This document shows, piece after piece, positions 1-8,334 of a stretch of DNA of 20,000 bases; the first letter of the stretch is position 1, and every line of letters starts with the position of its first letter. Below the pieces are notes generated by a model that did no database searches, was not told the DNA's origin, and saw nothing but the letters and a program-made list of their open reading frames with translations. The position numbers and the translations under genes are program-made. This stretch comes from an uncultured virus (IMG/VR IMGVR_UViG_3300025122_005875) (taxonomy: Duplodnaviria > Heunggongvirae > Uroviricota > Caudoviricetes). The stretch lies in IMG/VR virus record IMGVR_UViG_3300025122_005875; one strand, written 5' to 3'.

Positions 1-723
1 GGCGGCCTCGTGGAATCTAGTTTTAAATTGAGGCATCACATTGCTCCCGTCGATCTCCTTAAACGCTGTATTGTGCTGCCAATCTTTATAGGATTTGATG
101 GCCGGGATGTGTGGGGGCAATACATGCACTAAATTATAACATACTGATATCTTGCTTTGAGCAACCACCTCCACTTTTTGAGCAAATGACAAGTTTACGT
201 TTGTAGCCAGCGGCAGACATTTGTAAGTTAATTCGTTAATATGGTGGGTCATCGTCACATAACGATAATTAAATTCCCTCATTACCATTAAACACGTCGC
301 ATGCTCGCGGCCATGAATCCCTCCATGATATATAACATCATATTTCTTTTGGATTCCAGGGGGTGGGATAATACTTTTGGCAAAAGGATAAAAAACAGGC
401 TTATAAACCCTTTCCAAGCCTAAGCTATTAAGCCACTCAGTAGTATAGGGACAAATAGAATAGATTTCGTCAAACAAATCATCATATTCCAGAGCGCTAT
501 GGCCGTGATGGTCTGTGAATTGGGCAAACTCGCAGGGCGCCCAATTATTAAAATAGACCTTGCGTTTATACAACCCGAATTCTTCCTGAAATTTTGCATT
601 TCGCGCAGAATTATAGCCATACATCAAAACCTCCTCTTGAGAATCCTGAGAATCTTCTGCTAGCTTCCAATGGTGCGTATTGGTGTCAGGAACTTCGCCT
701 GATAAATCTTCTACGATTCGCAT
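1..723 (-). CDS. CgeB-like GT-B glycosyltransferase (Glyco_trans_1_2-like), partial, runs off the left edge
   Basis: Not in the ORF track. Hand translation from ATG at 723 (TAATG overlap with the upstream stop) stays open to base 1: MRIVEDLSGEVPDTNTHHWKL...KKYDVIYHGG...VVAQSKISVCYN...PQFKTRFHEAA. The SKIS.N and R.(F/H)EAA segments resemble the CgeB-type donor-binding domain. Confidence 0.7.
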   Translation of the reverse strand, partial: MRIVEDLSGEVPDTNTHHWKLAEDSQDSQEEVLMYGYNSARNAKFQEEFGLYKRKVYFNNWAPCEFAQFTDHHGHSALEYDDLFDEIYSICPYTTEWLNSLGLERVYKPVFYPFAKSIIPPPGIQKKYDVIYHGGIHGREHATCLMVMREFNYRYVTMTHHINELTYKCLPLATNVNLSFAQKVEVVAQSKISVCYNLVHVLPPHIPAIKSYKDWQHNTAFKEIDGSNVMPQFKTRFHEAA

Positions 724-1478
724 TAATTCTGACCTCGGACGGCTGTGTCTATATCGTATTCGCTCACAATATCTTGCATCACATGAGGATATTCAGACAT
801 ATTCCATTTCCCCTTAACCAGCGCAGTGGCAACATGAGGAAACACTATACTATCATAATGATAGAGGCCACGTTTAGGTTCCCCATGATAACAATGAGCC
901 CCGCGAATATCTAATTCACGACACGTGGTGGTGGCCTGATATTCAAATGAATTTTCCCAGTCGTTATTTCCTATATGGAGGTTGGGCCCACGAACGTGGA
1001 TCTTCTCCAAATCACGGGTGCGCCAGATCGCGGCTTGATTGGTATAAAAATAAGGAAAACTGTGGTGTAGTTCGCGGACGTCTTCGTAGCTTTTAAACTG
1101 AGGGTATAAAAGATCAGTCAGTCCACCTTTCATAAAACGTATGAACGATAATTCCTTATTGGCCTCAAGCACATCTAAATATCTAGATATAAGGTCCTCG
1201 CGTACTGTGTCATATAAAATATAATCTTCAGAAATATAGATGCAATATTCTTCTTGTACTTCTTTAATACATGTGCTGAACTGCTCCTTATAAGTTTGTT
1301 CTCTGTCAAATTGTACAACATGGCACGCGGGAGGGATATCTTCATCGGGGCAATCCACAAAAACATATATTTTATTAAACAGATTAGTTGTTGTGTATCT
1401 GGCAATACGATCAAAAAAAATGGGCCATAAATCCCGATTCTTAGAAACAGTATTAACTACCAAGCTCAGTGCAGTCAT
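723..1478 (-). CDS. Putative GT-A-fold glycosyltransferase-like protein
   Basis: 251 aa. Has an N-terminal beta-strand (LSLVVNT), YCIYISEDY as a DxD-like acidic motif after a hydrophobic strand, and QAAIWR..L. It sits in the glycan cluster with an ATGA overlap to its neighbour. Confidence 0.5.
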   Translation of the reverse strand: MTALSLVVNTVSKNRDLWPIFFDRIARYTTTNLFNKIYVFVDCPDEDIPPACHVVQFDREQTYKEQFSTCIKEVQEEYCIYISEDYILYDTVREDLISRYLDVLEANKELSFIRFMKGGLTDLLYPQFKSYEDVRELHHSFPYFYTNQAAIWRTRDLEKIHVRGPNLHIGNNDWENSFEYQATTTCRELDIRGAHCYHGEPKRGLYHYDSIVFPHVATALVKGKWNMSEYPHVMQDIVSEYDIDTAVRGQN

Positions 1479-2455
1479 GGATGCCCCAAAAAATATCTTT
1501 TAATAAAAGTACAATCTTTGTCTTCCCTCAATTTATTATAAATAATATCGAATATGGCTGTATTAACTTCTATAATATCTTGACACGCGAGCTCGAAGTT
1601 CCACGGATCTTTGGGATTGGAAGAAGGATACCAGTGGCGATACCGCGCCAGCGAAACACGTCCATAGGCATCGAAACCCGTATAGCACTGTCTTTTTGTA
1701 TTAACGCCTGCTCCGCCGGTTTCGTGGGGGCGCCCCACAATAGCGCGGCTGCCGCATTGTTGATGATAAATCATATTACCATAAACTCCAAACATTACGT
1801 TATGTGCATTAAAAACATTACTCCGAGTAATCTCAGCTACTTTAAGATTCGCGGCAATAATACGATCTTTCATCCCATAGCCTGGATTTTGTTGCCACAG
1901 TTGAAAAAGACCCCAGCGCAAATTGTGTGTATCCATCACGTGTTTAGTAGTGGCAAAAAAACACAAGTCGGGGTAAGGATGATAGCCGGGTCGAGTAAAA
2001 AGTGGATCCGGTTCGTTCTCCGGCATGTGCAAACATACAACGTCACAGAGCGGTACGTGTTCGTCAGCCATACCGGAAAGAAGGTTCGCGCGAGTTGTTG
2101 CAGAGACTTCGTCTGGTGATAGCGTCAGCAGAATATTCTGAGTCCAGTCTTCCACACAGGGAAAGGCATCGCTATCCAAAAAAATAAGAACGTCATCGGG
2201 GGACATCTGGGGCCCAACAACATTTTCGTACATCCAGTTCATCTGAAGGTAATGTTCATTTTTGGCGTTAGAAGGGTAAACAGTATCTAAGTCAATCCAT
2301 TCCCAATGGGAGGGTATTTTAAAATCTTCAGGAATTTCTACTTTATACTTTGCGATCCAGACCTTATGCTCAGCATCTGTATATTTTAATAGATGTCGTT
2401 TCTGAATCTCTAGCCACGCGGGGGTGGCATAATGCAAGGTTATTATATGAATCAT
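1475..2455 (-). CDS. Putative GT-A-fold glycosyltransferase
   Basis: 326 aa with N-terminal IHIITLHY and a DDVLIFLDSDAFP DxD motif; glycan-cluster context. Confidence 0.6.
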   Translation of the reverse strand: MIHIITLHYATPAWLEIQKRHLLKYTDAEHKVWIAKYKVEIPEDFKIPSHWEWIDLDTVYPSNAKNEHYLQMNWMYENVVGPQMSPDDVLIFLDSDAFPCVEDWTQNILLTLSPDEVSATTRANLLSGMADEHVPLCDVVCLHMPENEPDPLFTRPGYHPYPDLCFFATTKHVMDTHNLRWGLFQLWQQNPGYGMKDRIIAANLKVAEITRSNVFNAHNVMFGVYGNMIYHQQCGSRAIVGRPHETGGAGVNTKRQCYTGFDAYGRVSLARYRHWYPSSNPKDPWNFELACQDIIEVNTAIFDIIYNKLREDKDCTFIKRYFLGHP

Positions 2456-3181
2456 TTAGTTGTCTATTTTCTTGATGTAGGGATATCGAGGCTCTGGTGT
2501 GGAAACAGGAAATTGAAAAGAGTTCTTGTGGTCGATTCCTCGCTCCAGAAAAAATTCTTCGATTGCTGCCTGGGCTTCTGTTACACCCCAATCATCAAAG
2601 ATAATGTATCCTCCTGGCACTACTTTATCATAAAGTGCTTCTAAAACTTCTTTTGTGGCAGAATATGCGTCGACATCTATGCGCAAAAGCGCGATTTTTT
2701 CGATAGGACAATTCGAAGGCTCTAAAACCTCATTTGCAAATCCTTTTAAGTATTTAACGTTACTTTTTTCGTTAATCCCATAGTGTCCTAAATTATTCTT
2801 AACTCTCTGAAGAGATACCTGCAACGACGGTGCATACCTGATATAAACAGAGCCTGCTAGATGCTGATGAAGGGACGGCGTGTGGCGTTCTCCCGGATAA
2901 TTATAGGTCGAAGACTCAGGGGGCTGGAATCCCTCATAAGAGTCAACGGCCCAAACTGTGCGATCGGTTTTTTCAAATAACTTGGCCAAAAAAGCCACGC
3001 AGCCGCCCTCCCAAACTCCTACCTCAACAATGTCGCCTTCAACTTCATTCATCAATACATCATTGGCCATTCCTTGCATCGACAGAACACCCGAAATCTG
3101 TACTTGAGTGTGAACGTTCTTCCATAGCTCCATCGCTAGTTGCACGAAGTCTACATCTCGGTTTATTTCACGGGCGCTCAT
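2456..3181 (-). CDS. TylF/MycF (macrocin-type) sugar O-methyltransferase
   Basis: VEGDIVEVGVWEGG, DSYEGF, LKGF and IALLRIDVDAYSAT...LYDKVVPGGYIIFDDW are hallmark TylF/NovP motifs. Confidence 0.9.
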   Translation of the reverse strand: MSAREINRDVDFVQLAMELWKNVHTQVQISGVLSMQGMANDVLMNEVEGDIVEVGVWEGGCVAFLAKLFEKTDRTVWAVDSYEGFQPPESSTYNYPGERHTPSLHQHLAGSVYIRYAPSLQVSLQRVKNNLGHYGINEKSNVKYLKGFANEVLEPSNCPIEKIALLRIDVDAYSATKEVLEALYDKVVPGGYIIFDDWGVTEAQAAIEEFFLERGIDHKNSFQFPVSTPEPRYPYIKKIDN

Positions 3182-3790
3182 CTAATATTTCTCCTTTTTA
3201 AATAATGGAAACTCAGTTAAGTCTTTATAGGGAGGGTCCTCGAGTAGGTCAGGGACATTAGCCGGGTAATTTTGCAATAGCATTAAGCCTCGGGCAGCTT
3301 GCTCGGGGGTCATATATGCATTCCAGCCATTAATATTAACAGTGTCATCATGATATTTAACCTCTTGGCGACCTTCATATCTCCCTTTCTTAAACCATTC
3401 ATAAGCCTCTTTGTTGTCACACAAAATCATACCGCCTTTTCCAATTTTAAGATGCTTTTTAATATGAAACGATAAACACATATATGTGCCAGGGATATAC
3501 ATGCCTCCTGTCAAACGTTTGGCGGCGTCATAAATTGGATAAGGCTTTAGTTGATAAATTCCTTTCCAGGTAATATCACTAAATCTCACAGTGCCGCCGG
3601 CATGAAGGATAGATTGTGGTACTGATAAATAGGTTCTTTTAGGAATAGTAACTTCTTCCACTTTTAAATACTCACAACACAATAATAGAGCATCAGTGCA
3701 ACTGTCTGTAGAAATAGCATACGGCGCTGCAGTATAGTGGGCGATTTCTTCCTCAAACATACGAACGATTTTGTAGGGATTATGAAGCAC
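3182..3790 (-). CDS. Short DegT/DnrJ/EryC1/StrS-family PLP aminotransferase-like protein
   Basis: FEEEIAHY...SCTDALLL, YDAA, CLSFHIKKHLKIGKGGMI (PLP-lysine loop) and GWNAYMTPEQAARGL. Only 202 aa; GTG start. Confidence 0.85.
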   Translation of the reverse strand: MLHNPYKIVRMFEEEIAHYTAAPYAISTDSCTDALLLCCEYLKVEEVTIPKRTYLSVPQSILHAGGTVRFSDITWKGIYQLKPYPIYDAAKRLTGGMYIPGTYMCLSFHIKKHLKIGKGGMILCDNKEAYEWFKKGRYEGRQEVKYHDDTVNINGWNAYMTPEQAARGLMLLQNYPANVPDLLEDPPYKDLTEFPLFKKEKY

Positions 3791-3793
3791 TTT

Positions 3794-4828
3794 TTATCCT
3801 TCAGATTCATCCTGATAGCGTTGGTAGCACTCCTCAGTAATCTCGCAAGGATTTTCGGGCCCGAAGGTATAATCAAAGGCAGTAACATCCTCATAATAAT
3901 ATTTATACACTTTATAAATCAAGTCTTTGGTTTCGTACATTAATCTAAAATCTTTATCTTTATTGGCCGATCGGCGCATCGCGGCGGCGCTGGCCGCGGC
4001 GAAGGCCCGAAAGTCGGGACGCACATCATATAGGCGCCATAGCGCGTCCGCCAATTGTTTAAAATCGACATAGTTAAGTGGATGTTTAACATTCTTGATG
4101 GTTAGATAAGGATCTTCTCTAAATTCTTGTATTGCGTCACAAATTTTCTCTATATCCTCTTCTATATTTTCAACGCGGCCGATAGAATCCAGAGGAAGAG
4201 CATTGCTGCGACTATCAGCGGCAACAAATCTCCCGTCGGATCGCCCCTTATTAAAAACATTTTTACTTTCCGGATCATAAGTTAAATATTCAACCTGTGT
4301 AATAGCTAAGGGGTGTACCTTCTCGGGGTTCGAACGATCAAACCAACCCCTTTGCTGATGCAGTTCCTCGACAAATTGAGAAAAACTTTTTTCCTGAACA
4401 TATGGGTCAGGTTGCAAACTGTGATAATGATGATAAATAGAAGAAAACCTATCCCAAGGATTTCGAACAAAAGCAAACTTATAGGCTGTTTCATAAATGT
4501 CAATTTGTGGGTTATCATAAAGGCCAAACATAATTCGTAGTTTGGTATTAACGACGTCGGTGGTATAAGAGGCTAGCCAGGAGGTTGAGATTGCTTCTTG
4601 GACAGCCTCCGAGTTCTCGTCTTCAATCGAAATGGAGGGCCACGGGTTTTTTGTAAAAAAAGTATCCCAATCAACAGCATCTCCCAAAGACGTATAATCT
4701 TCATACATGTCTTGGAGTGTTTTATGACAACTTTCTCGGATGGCAAAATAACTTTTGACGATCGTTCCCGCTGTTTTTGGGATATGAATAAAAATCACAG
4801 GTCGGGTACCTATAAAATCGTAAGGCAC
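3794..4828 (-). CDS. Sulfotransferase family 2 (carbohydrate sulfotransferase-like)
   Basis: 5'-PSB motif IFIHIPKTAGT, 3'-PB motif FAFVRNPWDRFSS, GRVENIEED and C-terminal YYEDVTAFDYTF. Start reassigned to GTG at 4828, which has GGAG upstream and lies just after the stop of the previous gene; the ORF track extends to 4882. Confidence 0.85.
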   Translation of the reverse strand: MPYDFIGTRPVIFIHIPKTAGTIVKSYFAIRESCHKTLQDMYEDYTSLGDAVDWDTFFTKNPWPSISIEDENSEAVQEAISTSWLASYTTDVVNTKLRIMFGLYDNPQIDIYETAYKFAFVRNPWDRFSSIYHHYHSLQPDPYVQEKSFSQFVEELHQQRGWFDRSNPEKVHPLAITQVEYLTYDPESKNVFNKGRSDGRFVAADSRSNALPLDSIGRVENIEEDIEKICDAIQEFREDPYLTIKNVKHPLNYVDFKQLADALWRLYDVRPDFRAFAAASAAAMRRSANKDKDFRLMYETKDLIYKVYKYYYEDVTAFDYTFGPENPCEITEECYQRYQDESEG

Positions 4829-4830
4829 TC

Positions 4831-5718
4831 TTAACTCTCCTTTTCGTCGACAGTCGTTTTCGGGCTTCCTGCCCGGTTCCACCCCACTATCTCGTCTATA
4901 ATCTCTGCATCTGATTTCTTGCTCGTCAATGCCGCGGCGCCTGTCAGCGCGCTGAGGTCCGTTTGAATTCCAGGTTGGCGAGCGTGGCCGAAAAACATAT
5001 TATTTCCTGTCCGGACAGGTACAAAATATTTTATTAAATAACTTATAAGGTCATCTTGTGTTACGTTGCCAACAAGGGGGCCCGGGACACCATGAACCTC
5101 TACCGCAATTGTCCTAATATTTGACAGATCCTCATTGTATAAGAATTCGAATTCAGCCCCTTCAATATCTACTTTAAGATAATCAATGATGTCGTCATCA
5201 TATTCTTCTATGATATGCTCGCGCAATGCACGCAAGGACAAGACCGGAGTGCTCTGTTTATCCTCCTCCGATGCCCCGGGGTGTATATTATAAAAATTAC
5301 AATCTCCAGAGGCTGTATCGCCGTCTGTGTAGATAAAACGGTGGCCGGTCTCTTTGCCCACAGCTGCTTCTATAACTTCTACATTATTTACATTTTCAAG
5401 AGAAATTACTTTTTCCAAAAATCGCAGGTTAGCTACAACAGGCTCGACTGCGATAACTCGTTGATATATTTGTGATGCAATATACGTCAGTCCTCCGACA
5501 TTTGCCCCAAGATCTACAAAGATTTGGTCTCTGTAGACCGGAAAGTAGACGCCGTGGTCGCTCGCCCCTACAATTATCTGCGGCAGCGGATAACAACTTA
5601 GTGACTCCCCAATCATGGTAGTAAAGAATGTTTTTTCCTCTTCCGTAATTTCTGGAATATCGTTCCTTACCTCGGTACGAAAGGAGGCAGAGGGCTCTTT
5701 GTTGGGTTTTATCGCCAT
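4831..5718 (-). CDS. FkbM-family SAM-dependent methyltransferase
   Basis: FVDLGANVGG, VIAVEPV..N, IEAAVG, IDYLKVDIEGAEFEFL and AVEVH. Confidence 0.9.
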   Translation of the reverse strand: MAIKPNKEPSASFRTEVRNDIPEITEEEKTFFTTMIGESLSCYPLPQIIVGASDHGVYFPVYRDQIFVDLGANVGGLTYIASQIYQRVIAVEPVVANLRFLEKVISLENVNNVEVIEAAVGKETGHRFIYTDGDTASGDCNFYNIHPGASEEDKQSTPVLSLRALREHIIEEYDDDIIDYLKVDIEGAEFEFLYNEDLSNIRTIAVEVHGVPGPLVGNVTQDDLISYLIKYFVPVRTGNNMFFGHARQPGIQTDLSALTGAAALTSKKSDAEIIDEIVGWNRAGSPKTTVDEKES

Positions 5719-6500
5719 GGAATAAATTTTCCTTTATCGGGGAGTAAGTACTTCATGAATTCTATCTCTTCGGGGCTCCCACGCTTTGTATAATGTCGTG
5801 TACTCACATTAAAATAAGAAACCGCTTCATTATCAAAATTCACCTGGTGCGCGCCCTTTACAATTTGTATTGTAGCACATGTGGGCTTAAAATTGTTTAA
5901 ATAGACGCACATTTTCTTATATTTTTCCTCCATAGAAGTTTCTTTGAATTGAGGACCAATCTTATCAGTCATATCTTTGGCTGGCGAGCCTCCATAAATA
6001 TGATTTGCCTCCATATCCCGAGTTATCACGGAGCCGACTAACGCCATTGACTTGTCTTGTGCGGTGATCGGAGATACTATACAATGGCCGACGAGCCACA
6101 CATCATTTCCTATAGTGAGGGGAGCATCCGATAAAAAACGACAACCCTCCAAAGTATCCCCATATTTGATGTGACTCCACAACTGAGAGTGTGCGCCGAT
6201 TCCACAGTTATTCCCTATAGTGGTTCCTCCAATTGTATCAATAATACAATACTGACCAATCCAGGCATTGTGCCCTATCTTGCACGGTTTATAACCATGT
6301 ATATTGGTATGATGATGAATTTTGCAATAATCCCCAATCGTTAGATTATTACATATAATCTGGACATCTGCTCCAATATAGGTGTTGTCGCCAATTTCGA
6401 TATACTCCGCCGGGCCATCGGTGCCTCGAAGGACCGCCGAGGGCTCAATTACTACATTTTTACCTAATTTCAAAGTTTTAACATTTATATTGTTTCCCAT
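5709..6500 (-). CDS. Hexapeptide-repeat (left-handed beta-helix) acyltransferase
   Basis: Repeated IGDNTYIG, IGDYCKIH, IGHNAWIG, IGNNCGIG and IGNDVWLV units, then GSVITRD...IYGGSPAK. Confidence 0.9.
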   Translation of the reverse strand: MGNNINVKTLKLGKNVVIEPSAVLRGTDGPAEYIEIGDNTYIGADVQIICNNLTIGDYCKIHHHTNIHGYKPCKIGHNAWIGQYCIIDTIGGTTIGNNCGIGAHSQLWSHIKYGDTLEGCRFLSDAPLTIGNDVWLVGHCIVSPITAQDKSMALVGSVITRDMEANHIYGGSPAKDMTDKIGPQFKETSMEEKYKKMCVYLNNFKPTCATIQIVKGAHQVNFDNEAVSYFNVSTRHYTKRGSPEEIEFMKYLLPDKGKFIPWR

Positions 6501-6506
6501 AGGTCT

Positions 6507-7331
6507 TTAACTTCCTTTTCCTGGTAGCCCCATTAAAGGATGAACACATCTTTTGTGTAAATCAGGATGGGGCTCCCGCTGCCAATAAGCTTGAAGGTAA
6601 TCGCGACTAATAGAAAGACCCAACTGCTTATGAAGTGTGGTTCCAATATCGATGTAAGTGTTATGAGGGAAATCTTTATAGAGTTCATAAATCAAGATTT
6701 CAGAGAGAGAGGCCGCCGAAAACAAAAAAAGATGATTGTTGATATTGTGTTGTACAATATATTCTTTAATTTGTTCAATCAGATTTCTATCATTTACAAA
6801 ACAATTATATCCCACCGAGAAAAACTCTTTAACTTGAAGATCGACCGCAGGAAGATCTATAGATTCATTGCCTATCAAGATAACGTCCTGGCGATCTTTT
6901 ATAACCTTATATATATGTTGCAAAAAATATACATAATTTGAATTTACAAATTGATTGGCCCACACAATATGCTCTGTATCCCTATCTCCGTGTAACTCCC
7001 ACAATTGTTTGACCCGCTCATGTGGTACGCAACAAGGGCACGAAAGACCTTTAAAATAGTTCTTTTTACAGAACTGTAAAGCCTCCAACAGTAACTCGCG
7101 ACTTTTCTGGTGGTTTTCTTGGGTAGGGTCGAATATTTTATGATCTTCTACGGGATATGAAGGTACTGAAAGATACTCTGAGCCGCGCTGCACCCTGTCA
7201 GCACTCAATTCAACATATAAATTTTGTAAAATGTCGAGTTCCCCATCTGAGAATCGCACAAAAGCAAAATTTTCCTTAGTGAGAAGCTTCCTCAGGAAAA
7301 AGAAAAAAGTCTCGTTAAACTCATAAAGCAT
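6507..7331 (-). CDS. GT-D fold (DUF1792-like) glycosyltransferase
   Basis: N-terminal FAFVRFSDGE and C-terminal YIDIGT resemble the R(F/Y)GDGE and IDIG motifs of GT-D proteins. Confidence 0.65.
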   Translation of the reverse strand: MLYEFNETFFFFLRKLLTKENFAFVRFSDGELDILQNLYVELSADRVQRGSEYLSVPSYPVEDHKIFDPTQENHQKSRELLLEALQFCKKNYFKGLSCPCCVPHERVKQLWELHGDRDTEHIVWANQFVNSNYVYFLQHIYKVIKDRQDVILIGNESIDLPAVDLQVKEFFSVGYNCFVNDRNLIEQIKEYIVQHNINNHLFLFSAASLSEILIYELYKDFPHNTYIDIGTTLHKQLGLSISRDYLQAYWQREPHPDLHKRCVHPLMGLPGKGS

Positions 7332-8334
7332 TTTTAGCTACCATTGCTGCGGCTACTTTGGCGGCCGCATAGCCATCGCCATAAGGGCACTCCTCTGCCG
7401 GGTCGGCCACATAATTATTATCCGAGTTAAGCCATGTAAACAAATGCGGCAATTCCTCCGGCATTACGCACATAAAAGAAAATGTACCCATTCCTTCCAC
7501 GCGCTCAGTGAGTTTCCGGCACACAATACACTTTTTACCTAAGAAGGAGGCCTCTTCTTGAATTCCTCCGCTATCGGTAATAATAAATCTGCACGCGGCG
7601 ATCATCCTTATAAATTCTTCATGAACTACAGGCTCTACCACCCGCACTTTCTTAAAAATATGTTTGTACTGTTGAACATTAGGATTGGGATGTAATGGAA
7701 TAATAAATTCATATTCAGGATGTTGAACTGCAAGCCTCTCCATCTGTGTGAACCATCGATCTAGCAAATGATGATTCTCTCGGCGATGCATCGTTATTAA
7801 AATACTATTCCCATATGTAGAAGAAACAGTGTTCAAATTATCTAGCACGGTATTCCCTACTACATGAACGCCCGCTGTTATATTCTCTGCTTTGAGATTG
7901 GATTTTGCCACATCTGTAGGACACAAATGAACCTGAGCAATACGCGAGATAGCCTGACGATTAAATTCCTCGGGATATGGATTCATAAGATCATAAGTAC
8001 GGAGGCCGGCTTCCAAATGAACAACTTTAATTTTTCGATGAAAGGCCGCCAAGGCCACTGCAAACGCGGATGTAGTATCTCCTTGCACCATAACAGACGT
8101 AATGTTTGCAAATACATGATTGCTATTCATAATTGAGGCCACGATAGAATCGAGTCGGTTCTCCCCACTCTCAATAGAAAGACGTCTAATATCTGTGGTA
8201 TTTATAACATCCTTTAACAAACTCGTGTGCTGCCCCGTAAAAAGTAAAGCATATGGTATTTTTCTATCGAATTCCCGAAGCAGAGGCTTAATTTTAATGT
8301 ACTCGGGTCGTGTTCCAAACGAGATTAAGAGCAT
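7321..8334 (-). CDS. wecB: UDP-N-acetylglucosamine 2-epimerase (non-hydrolysing)
   Basis: FGTRPEYIK, TGQH, VQGDTTSAF, HLEAGLRT, PYPEEFNRQ, TMHRREN, TDSGGIQEEA and PYGDGYAA. Confidence 0.96.
   Translation of the reverse strand: MLLISFGTRPEYIKIKPLLREFDRKIPYALLFTGQHTSLLKDVINTTDIRRLSIESGENRLDSIVASIMNSNHVFANITSVMVQGDTTSAFAVALAAFHRKIKVVHLEAGLRTYDLMNPYPEEFNRQAISRIAQVHLCPTDVAKSNLKAENITAGVHVVGNTVLDNLNTVSSTYGNSILITMHRRENHHLLDRWFTQMERLAVQHPEYEFIIPLHPNPNVQQYKHIFKKVRVVEPVVHEEFIRMIAACRFIITDSGGIQEEASFLGKKCIVCRKLTERVEGMGTFSFMCVMPEELPHLFTWLNSDNNYVADPAEECPYGDGYAAAKVAAAMVAKNAL

Noticed and set aside
1469..2119. 216-aa plus-strand ORF and the other short plus-strand or nested ORFs
   Set aside because: They lie within better-supported minus-strand genes and show no recognisable motifs.
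4006..4018. Small GC-rich hairpin CCCGA-AAG-TCGGG as a terminator
   Set aside because: It lies inside the sulfotransferase coding sequence and has no U-tract.
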